Of a DNA stretch of 64,000 bases, positions 24,331 to 34,208 are shown piece after piece; within the stretch, counting starts at the first letter, position 1; each line of letters begins with the position of its first letter. Origin of the DNA: Vitrella brassicaformis CCMP3155 (Eukaryota; Protista; Chromerida); the NCBI GenBank assembly GCA_001179505.1, contig CDMY01000334.1:51835-115834 (forward strand). The letters run 5' to 3'. The position numbers were made by a program, and so were the translations under genes. The notes under the pieces were generated by a model. It ran no database searches and was not told where the DNA came from. It saw only the letters and a list, made by a program, of their open reading frames with translations.

Positions 24331-27267
24331 CGCATCAATGCCATGCACCCATACATCTCTCGTGTGTGTGCGTGTGTGTGTAGATGTGGGAGGTTGTGCT
24401 GGCCGACCTGAATGAAGAGGCCGCCATCAAGGGTTTCCAGAAGGGCAAGACGCCCACTGAGGTCGGTCAGCATTGTGAGCACTGGCGCGCAAGACTGGAG
24501 CCCCATGTGTGCGTGTCGCGTCGCGTGTGCAGGTGCTCGTCAACCGAATCGGGATCGAGCCCGTAAAGGTGCGCGTGTGTATGTGTGCAATGCATGTGAA
24601 TGTGCATCTCCGTGTGTGTGTGTGTGTGTGTGTGCAGGCGCGCTGTGTCGAGTACACCGTCTACGCGCTCACTCCCAAAGTGCTCCGGAAACTCCCAATA
24701 CAGGCACGCACGCACGCACGAGCACCACACACATACCGGTCCACCGCTATGCAGGCAGACAGGCAGACAGACAGACACTCACACATTGGAGTGCGTTCCC
24801 TCGTGTGTGTGTGTGTATACCTGCCTCTAGAGCATCGGCACGGCGCGCACAGAGGGCTCCAGACGGACACTTGCGGGCTTCTTCAGGTCAGTCAGCGCAT
24901 TTCCATCCATCCATCCAGCCATGCACGGATGCCCACACGTCCGTCCGTCTGCAGGCCCGGGGAGCCGTTCCAGTTCCAAATCGAGACGGACGTGTGGCCG
25001 TCGATCGCATTCGCCAAACACCCACACACTGGGGAAGACATGTACAGGCAGCTAGAGGTGGGTACCTGCCTGCAGCATGGCATGACGCCTGTCTGCACAC
25101 CACACACACCCATCACTCACAGTGCCCGCCCATGTGTGTGTCTGTGTGAGTAGGTGACGGCTGTGAAGCCCGACTTCGACTTTCGCATGCACAGATACCG
25201 ATATGAGCTGAGGCACAACCACGCCAAAGTGAGCATCATGATGCACACACCAATGGCGCCGCATGTGTGTGTGTGTGTGAATGGCAGCTGGTGCCGACTC
25301 CAGACGATCGAGCGCTCTGGGGTGACGCTTTGGTGGCCGAGAGAGTCGAGACCTTCCTAGTGGGCGAGAACGGCACAGTGGGGCAGCAGGTGCGTCCGCA
25401 TGGCATGCTATGGGTCTAGTCTATGCATGACACACCACACATGCACCGCACCCATCTAACCTATACACACGTGTGTGGGTGTGGTGTGTGTAGCTGACGG
25501 GTCCCGAGTTCACGCTGGCAGACGAGGTGCTCCACCTGGTGCCACACGTGCACCTGGACGGCCTCGTCGAGGGCTGCATAGGTCGGTCAGTCGGGGCGGA
25601 CGAACGGACACACGCACACACTATGCACGCACACAAATGCGTGTTTGGCTCTGGCTCTGACTGGTGTGTAGGCATGCGCCAGGGCGAGAGCCGGCTGGTG
25701 AAGGTCAGCACGGCAGGCAGCTCTGGTGGTGCCGAGCAGGTAACTAAAGTACGGGTGTGCGCATTATACACGTGAATTGCATTGCAATCCTTGGTGGCTT
25801 GGCCGATTGTCAGGGTGCTGCTGATGCTGATGCTGATGCTGACCATGATGGAGATCAAGGGCTCGAGCAAGATGACGAGGGCGACGAAGACGCAGAGGTG
25901 CGGACGGGACGGCTTGCCATGTGTATACCTTTCTTGTGTTGTGTGGGTGCAGCTGTTCCTCAACGTCACCAACGTGCGCGTCATGGCCCGGTCAGTCAGT
26001 CTGCACACGTGCCACCAGTGAATTGAATGCAGCATAAGAAAGTGAGCAGCTGCATTAAGTCACTGTCTGCGTGTGTTCCTTCACAGAGAGGTCCCGGACC
26101 TTAGCGATGCACTCGCGAGGCAAGCAGGTGCGCGCCACCACACACACTCGACACACCTAGCGATGCATTCACCCCATCGCTGTGCGTGTGTGGATGAATG
26201 CAGCCAACATGACGCTCAAGGAGCTGCTGGGCCAGGTGGAGGACAAGCTGCTCAAGCAGTGCCAGGTGGGCGGCTGGGTGGTGGGTGAGTGAGGGACAGA
26301 GAGGGAGGGAGGGCAAACACACACATTAATACGAACGAACGAGCGCATCTCGGCTGTCGACGTGTCTGTCGTGGGCAGGATGACCGGGAGCGCAATCTTC
26401 GCGCCGGCGTCATCGCCGCACTGCTCGAGTGCACCAACCTCACCATCCCAGGTAAGGTACACACACTCAGATGCACTCACGTGTGGACAATGTCTGCCAA
26501 TTCTGCGCACAGAGACGCTCATAGTGGAACACGGCAAGGGCAAGTACGAGATGCTGCTCAAGACGGAGGCCTCCAAAGGCCACGACGTCTCCAAACTCAC
26601 CAACGCGGCCGCACTCAACGACTACCTTCGCCGGAAACAAGCCGCCATCACACAGTAAGTAGTCATTGAACACGGCGGCTCTGCTGGAGTACCCACCTGC
26701 ACGTGTGTGTGTGTTGGCACAGGGAGCTGCAGGCGTCCTTTATCCTGGATGAGATCGCCGAGAGAGAGGGGCTGACTGTGGCGGTGAGTCGAACTAAGCA
26801 CACGTGTCTGTCTGTGAATCTACCTGTGTGTGTATCTCTCTCTGTGTGTGTCTGTGTAGCCTGACGAGCTGCAGATCAACATCGACACGGTGCAGCAAGA
26901 CATGAAGAAGCTCAAGCTTGTGGTCCGCCAGCCCCGCGCCCACACACCCCACGCACATATGTCATCTGTGTGTGCAGGAGTCTCGAGTGCAGTCGAAGCT
27001 CGAGGCAATGCTCATGGCGCAGCGGGTCATCGACTGGATCACAGAGAGGTCCGTGACACACACACACATACGAAGATAATGGTGGCATCCATCCATCCGT
27101 CCGTTTGTGCTCACTGCAGGTCGTCGATCACCTGGGTTGACGAGGCCGAACTGTATGGCGGCAATCTCGACGACAGGCTGGACACGCTCATGCGCCAGAC
27201 GGACGCCACCACACCCACAACCGACACACACAGTGACAGCGCCCCGACTGCCAAGGTGCCTTCCTGA
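22774..27267 (+). CDS. tig: Trigger factor (ribosome-associated chaperone/PPIase), probably plastid-targeted
   Basis: Signal peptide MVDLLMTVCLALAAYLCAWPMRSA. Ribosome-binding loop AIKGFQKGKTP; FQFQIETDVWP; GLVEGCIGMRQGESRLVKV; EVPDLSDALA; FILDEIAEREGLTV; AQRVIDWITER. Confidence 0.88.
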
Positions 27268-27937
27268 CACACACACACGGTGTGCGCAGACAGCCACGTG
27301 AATGGGTGCATCTCTGAATGTGGGCAGATGTCGGCTGAGGATGTTCTGGCCCGGCGGGCGCTGAGGACCGTGAGCAGTGTCCGGTGATGTGGTCGATGAT
27401 TGTGTGCGTTTTGTGCACGCGGATACCTGTCTGTCTCGTGTGTGGACTGTACATCTGAACGTCAGTTACGGGCCTTTTGGGTGTATGGGTATGGGTATGG
27501 GTGTGTGTGGAGGTGTTAAGACCTCATATGTATGCATCGACTTAACCGATTCATTGCAGGCCTGTCGTCTCGTCTGGCATGGTTGCTTCAGTACATACGC
27601 AGTATCCATCATACATACGTTGAGTGTTCCGTCCGCGTGTTCCCCTCCCCCTCCCCCTCCTCTCCTCTCCTCTCCTCTCCTCTCCTACAAAATGAAAACA
27701 AAATACGCCAAATGAAAAGAAAAGAGACCGAGGCCGTAATACGTCCATCCATCCATCCATCCATTGAGCACTATTTATCGAGTGAGACGGACGCAGCCAG
27801 CCAGGAAGCTCTCTCTCTCTCTCTTTCTCTGTCTGTCTCTGTCTGTCTCTGTCTGTCTCTGTCTGTCTCTGTCTGTTACGGTCTGTGTGTATCTGCGCAT
27901 CTGCACACATACACGCAGACCGTAACAAGCAGCTAGC

Positions 27938-28514
27938 CTACACATTGAACTTCTTGTTCTTCTCGTTGAACTCCTTGATGTTCGCCAGGTACTCGTTGCG
28001 GCCGGCGAGCTTAGTCACCAGGGTTTCTCGTTCTGGGAATGCCGCCTCGGCGAAGCAGAAATCCTGGTACCGGTCGACACCCTCCTTGTTGGTGTAGGCG
28101 GCTTGCTTGCGTGTCTCGTTGGGATCGCCGCACTGTCCCTTCCGTCCGAAGGCGCCCCTCTCACTGTAGCAGTCACCTTGCCAGATGCCGTAGCCTCGGA
28201 AAATGTTTGTTGGCTTGAGGACCTTGTTGAGCGCGCAGACCTTGTCAATCTCGCCGCACTTGTAGGGTTCTCAATCAAAGACCGCCCTCCTGGTAACGGT
28301 CGAGCTGCTCCTGCAGCTGGACGAGGCTCAGGGACAGTCCGGCAGACGTCCCAGCTGCATTGCAACAGTGAAACAGCCCGAGAGTGATTGCATTGCATGC
28401 GCAGGCATCATTGACGGACTGTCACTTACTTTGCTCATGGGCGCACTTGGCGGCGACGAGGAGCTCTACGAGGATGGTCAGTGCGACCAGAAGGAACGAC
28501 TTGTGCGCCGCCAT
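27938..28514 (-). CDS. Small secreted Cys-containing protein of unknown family, with a frame discontinuity near 28265-28285
   Basis: Signal peptide MAAHKSFLLVALTILVELLVAA with a GTAAGT donor. A long exon reads PYKCGEIDKVCALNKVLKPTNIFRGYGIWQGDCYSERG...CGDP...DFCFAEAAF...KKFNV* with codon usage like that of the other genes. Confidence 0.6.
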
Positions 28515-28606
28515 CCTCTTGAAGACGCCGAAATTACGTCCGGCCCCCCCACATGCGTTAGGGTCACATTGCGTAAAACACTTTGTCCTGAGCCTTTTGG
28601 TGCAAT

Positions 28607-30322
28607 ATGCCTTTCTGTTCGCGCAGGGAGGATCTTCCCTCTCTTCCATCAGACTCTCCTTGCGGGGCATCGTCATCGAGCGCACCGCTGCCATCCTGGA
28701 CCAGCAGCCGCATCTGGCTGAGCTCTTTCCACCTCCTCCTGCCCCTCCTTGTTTCCTTGCGCTTTGTGGAGCCATTTCTCCTGACACCCAGCCGGACACC
28801 GAGCCAGCAATGGGCCCGGGCAGGGAGGAGGACATCCGGCGGCTTGAGCATCACGGGGCTGCGTGGCTCTTTTCTTTCGAGTGAGGAAGACAGCGCCGTG
28901 TGTGTCTGTGAGCCGCTGGAGCAGATGACCCTCCAGCTTTTTGACTGGCGGTCGCCTCCAACCCCGTCGCCATCTGCCGTCCTGAGGTGGGTGGGTGGCT
29001 GATTTCACATATCATCATAATAGTCTCACCCTGCCGGTGATCTGATCTCTTTGCCTGTCTGTCTGTCTGTCTGTCTGTCAGGGTGCTGCCGATCTTGGCC
29101 CTGCGTGCTGTGCAGCTGCCGCACACAGAGGGACGCTTTCACCTGCACGAGGTGGGAGGCAATAAACTAAAAAAAAGAGCTCGCTCCCTTGTACGTCTCC
29201 TGTGTGTTGCTGACAAATGACAGCCTCGGTATCGCCGCTTGGTCAAAGATGTGACCGAGAAAGACTCGCTGTTCGGTCTGCTGCTCATCGACCCACACAG
29301 GCAAGTCAAGCACGTGACCTGATCTGAGAGAGCCGCTGCATCCGTCGTGTGTGCGCCCCTCTTGCGTCGCCTCTCCTGTTTTCAGGCGCCTTGCCGCAAT
29401 CGGCAGCGTCCTTGAGATCATTGACGTTCAGAAATGGGCTGATGGGAGGTAAGCACCTTGTTTGGGATCCCTATGAGGCAAACAGTCACCCACATGTTGT
29501 GCTGCCTGCGCACAGATATGACGTGCAAGCACGGGGCAAGGAGCGGTTTCGGCTGATTCAAGTGCTTCAGGAGGAGAATGAGGACCTGGAGCGGTACTTG
29601 ACGGGAGTCGTGGAGATCATAGAGGTCATCACACGCACTCCACGCACAACAGCACTCACCCTCATGCACACTCGTGTCTTCACTGCATCCAGGTTGACAC
29701 AGACTTTGACGAGGACGACCGACGGTACGACAACAGCGGGCAGCCCGCCGACAATCGCGTCACCCTGGCATGGCTGAGGCGGGCGATATGGAATTCTTGT
29801 GAGGAAATCATAAGCCTTCACGGGATGCTCTACGGCGGCCGTCATACCCCCCTTCAACAGAGCTGGTCGCGGCTCCATCCGATGGACACGTCTTTTGTGT
29901 TTGGCGGTACGGACAATGGACAGACAGACCAACCGACCAACCGCTCGGGATCGCTTCTTCTTTCTTTTGGCGTCTCTTTGTTTGTCGACATATCTGCAGA
30001 TATGCTAAATGTGCCCGTGTTCATCCGTCAGCTGATGCTGCAGACGACATCCACGCGTCAGCGGCTCGAGTACCTGCTCCGGATCCTGTCAGCGGACCGG
30101 CGGTTCCGCGACGCGCAGGTGTATCTGAAGACGGCATTCCTCAAGGCAGGCAAGCAGACGGAGGCCGACGAAGCTGGAGAGCAGCCGAAGCAGCAAGCAG
30201 CTCAGTGGCCTTTCGGCGAGTCTGCCGCGGTGACGTCAGTGGTCTTCCAAGACCAGCTCGAGATCGAGCCCATTTCAGGGACGGCAGCAGCGAGGGTGAG
30301 CGCAGAGGGGACGGATGGATAG
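28607..30322 (+). CDS. LON peptidase N-terminal (substrate-binding) domain protein with bipartite-like leader; no AAA or protease domain
   Basis: VLPILALRAVQLPHTEGRFHLHE|PRYRRLVKDV, FGLLLI, YDVQARGKERFRLIQVL, LMLQTTSTRQRLEYLL. Confidence 0.8.
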
Positions 30323-30349
30323 GTAGTTCGGTAGTGTATTAGGGAGGGA

Positions 30350-31300
30350 GGGAGGGAGGGAGGCCTTCCCACTGTGCAGTAGAGGGAACATCTGGTACAT
30401 TTGAGTGCGAGGCCGGAGTGCGGCCGCTGTCATTGAAGGGCATTGCGTCATAGCCATCTACACATGAGACCGTTTGGGCCTCCTTGACGAGATTGATGAA
30501 CCTCTGGAGGTTGGAGAAGAGCCGGTCCGTCCGTCAAGACGGACCGGCTCTTCCCCCCCAACCTACAGCACGTCGTCAATCTCGCCTTGGCGTCGCCTCC
30601 TGAGACACACAAAGAAGGACACACAGTGTTTTGGTGGGGGTGGTGGATGTGCAAGATGGAACTGGTTGTGAAGGTTTTGTGGGGGATGGCCTGACCGAAG
30701 AGAGAGTGGTGCACCTCCCCCCCGGCTGCATCAACTCACTCAAAAGATCCACCTACACACACCCCACACCCACACCCACACCACACCCACACATCCACTA
30801 TGTACCCATGACACAGGGTGGCTGGCTGATGGGTGGCTTACCAGTGTGAATGTTGCCGTCACTGCCAGGGGGAGGAGGTGCGTGGTGGGAGGGAGGGTAG
30901 CAGCAACTGACTCTATCTGCACGTGTGTCATCAATTTGTGTGTCATCATGACACACAAACCCGGATACGGAGCTAGGTGAGTTCCACACACCCATTCACG
31001 CATGCACGCACACATTGTGTGTATCACGCATCGTAACATCGCCACACATCGCGATTCTGGTGTGCTGCGGCTTTGTCTTGATTTCGTTGCGTCTGCAGAC
31101 TGGATGTGGGTCTCATGGATGTGGACGAGCCCCACTCTGCTGATGTGGAGGTAGGTGACCCCTCTTTCCCCATGCAACACATATCACTTTGTCGCCCTTG
31201 GACTTGGCGTAGTTGGAGGCAGAACCGCTCGCACCATGCTGCGGCGGATGACACACACACCACACTTTAACCGACCTCTCAAAGGCAGGACCTCTGTTCA
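30350..31300 (-). CDS. Hypothetical spliced protein (boundaries uncertain)
   Basis: Exon-like blocks with AG/GT ends (IESVAATLPPTTHLLPLAVTATFTL; VDLLSELMQPGGG; DRLFSNLQRFINLVKEA). No domain recognised. Confidence 0.3.
30516..30553. repeat. Perfect 16-bp inverted repeat with 6-nt loop
   Basis: GAAGAGCCGGTCCGTC-cgtcaa-GACGGACCGGCTCTTC. Confidence 0.95.
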
Positions 31301-31574
31301 AGTAATGTGTCCATCACTTCATGATGAATCAATCGACGCCAAGACCGTCCATCAATCAATCCAGCCGCCACTCTAATCGCCATTAACCGACAGACACACA
31401 CAGCACTCACTCATTGACGACACCACAAAACCCCCACCACCCACCCACCGATATATCTATCTGTCCAAGAAGCTCCATCGGTCACGTCTTACGGAGCCAG
31501 TCACGGGCTACTCACAAGACACGTATGTATTACTTCCTGTCTCGTCCCTCCTCCCTCCCTCCCTCCCTGCCGTC

Positions 31575-33241
31575 CTAGGTCCGACACGCCTTGAGTGCGC
31601 TGTGGACGTACTCTCGCTTGCGGGCTCCCAGGAGCACGTAGGAAACACCCGGCTGGTCGAGCAGCCACCGAATGCAATACTCCTGTGCGGCAACGCACAT
31701 ACACACATACAGAGAGACAGACAGACAGACATGAACGACGTACGCACGCACCTGCATTGGCTGTTCGGCGGGTATGTTGTGTTGGTAGCTGCTGGCCATG
31801 TCGCTGCGCGTCCTCTGACCCAGCACGAAGCGGACACGCTGGTCCAGCGTATCCACAAACCTCTGGTGCACCACACAACACACAGAGAGAGAGACACACA
31901 CACACGGCGCTTTGTGTGGTGTGGTGTGTCGTGCCTGTTCTGCTGGCCCTGTGTGTGTTCACCTGGAGCATATCGAGGCATTTGCTGTCCTGCAGCAGTC
32001 CCAACTCTCCCACCCCTGAGTGGCCCACCGCCCTTCGTATGCTCGGCAGAATGTGGCGGGTCATCCGCTGCTCCCACTCAAACACGCTGCCCACCTCCCA
32101 CACACCCTGCTCGAGCCCCTCCACCTCTCGCACCACCTCCCTGTACCTGATGGCCTTCTGCGGGTCGCCCTTGCCCAGCTCACCAAGGTATTTCTTGAGC
32201 TCCCGTAGGTTGTCTCGGTAAGCTTCGGCGGGATCAGGCTGATCCGCCAGCCGCCACGCATGGGTGCTGGTGAAGGCGTTGAGGGGCCGGTTGATGAGCA
32301 CGCGGAGGTGGTTGTGATGAGCCCACTTGACGGCGTTGTCGAGGCCGGTTGTCTCCACCAAATTGCCGGGCAGCTGGATGGTGCTGAAGGAGTGGGAGGG
32401 GGGAGGAGCCTTCTTGAGTCGCTCGGCCGCTCTGATGGACGCCCGGGTCGCGCGCTCGATCAAGTCTGTGGTGGCAGGAAAGGGAGAGCGGCAGTGTGTG
32501 TTTCCCTCCCTCCGTCTCTCACTCTCCGTACACCACACCCCGCCACGGAGTGACTGACCTTGGTAGGGGAGGAATGTGGGGTCGCTCTCGTCGACACTGA
32601 ACGAGTTGCTGGAAATGCCGTACGACTGAAGGCGGCCCCCCGACTGGACTTCCTCCTCCAGCGCTTCAAACACCTGTACAGAGAGTGGATAATGGCCACA
32701 CAACACCTCGCTCCCCCTTTCCCTTCCCCCCGCTCACTCTCTGACTCACCTGCTCCACTCTCCTCAGCATCTCATTTCTCGCCCTGACGACGTCTGCCGG
32801 TTTGGCGCCGCTTTGCTGGTCTGTCTTCTCGCTCTGCAGGTAGTACCTAGACACACACAATCGGTGGAGACAGAGGGATGGGCTCATTGTAGACTACTGA
32901 GATCAGGCAGCTCAGCTCAGCTCAGCTAGGTACTCGGGGTTGTGCAGCAGGTAGACGTCCAGGTAGGTCGTCTGCAGCCGATCTAGAGACCGCTGCAGCT
33001 GGTCACGCATAAACCTGACGACAAACAGCAGACGGGGAGACCCGTTCACAGGCAGGCAGGCAGGCCGGCATTCTGTGTGAGTGTGAGTTGCGGTGTTTAC
33101 TCTGGGTGGATGCAGTGCTTGAGGTGAGGGCCGAAGTCAACCGTCTCAGGAAATGTCAGTCCGCCGTCGTGGCGCTTGAGGTTCTGACCCTGTCGCACAT
33201 ACCATACACCACACAGACGAGCACACATAGCGTGAATGCAC

Positions 33242-33276
<35 letters not shown>

Positions 33277-34063
33277 GGCCTGGTCAACTCTGGTCTGTCC
33301 TGGTCTGTTTGGTGGCCGCATTGCTTGCCGCACCTGGATGTACCCGAATTTGGACACGAGCAAGACGTCTTCTCTCGTGACCTTGCCCTCTCCCTCCAGC
33401 TCCTTAAGCACACGACCCACCAGCTCCTCGGCCTCGCCGTCGCCATAATTCGCTGACCGACAAAGTGCAGACAAAGAAACATACAGACCCCATGAAATGA
33501 ATGGCTGCTGCTGCCTGCCTGCCTGCCTCCCTGATCTCTCCCCCTCTCTGTGTGTGTGAATGGGTCTATGCACCTGAGTTGTCAATGAGTCGGATGCCGT
33601 TGAGGATGGCCTCCTTGAGCGCCAGGGCATGCTCCTCCACACGCCATGTGACGCGATAGCATCTGCAGATAGATAGATGACACGCACACAGAGACAGCCG
33701 GCCCGGCCCGGCCCGGCCTCTTTGCAATGAGTGCACAGCTGCCCCTCTGTCTGCGCACCCAAAGCCAATCGGCACGAAGCCGTCAGGAGATCTCCGCGTT
33801 GTCATGTCTGCACTCCCGGCCGTTGTTGCCATGGCCATGGCTGGACCCAAGGAAGCCGACAACCAGCGCATCCTCAATGAGCCGACCTCAGATCTCCTGC
33901 TGCTGCTGGTGGTTGTGGTGGTCGATAACGCGGGCCTTTGTGTCAGTGTGTGGAAGGTGGCAGCAGGAGCATAACGATTGCTGATGAGTCTGGCGGTCGA
34001 CGATGATGTCAGGCCTGCTGTGGCTTGAAGCGTAGCCACCAGAATGGCGGACGGGCGTGTCAT
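31575..34063 (-). CDS. Aldo/keto reductase family protein with Ser/Thr/Arg-rich organellar-type leader
   Basis: PIGFGCYRV; IRLIDNSANYGDGEAE (catalytic D, Y); LLVSKFGY (K); LDVYLLHNP (H); YGISSN; IQLPGNLVE; LINRPLNA; VSYVLLGARKREYV. Confidence 0.92.
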
Positions 34064-34208
34064 TCGAAGGGTCCGTCGCTCGCATCATTTGCGAGCTTAG
34101 CGGTCTGGGGCATCCCCCTTTGTTCGTTCGTCCGTTCGTTCATCGCACGATGGAAGGGCAACATCAATCAGCTGATTAATTGAGTGCGTGTGATTGATCA
34201 ATCAATCA

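Noticed and set aside
28276-28278. In-frame-looking TGA as possible selenocysteine in the secreted protein
   Set aside because: The downstream coding block is in a different frame, so readthrough would not join them. No SECIS identified.
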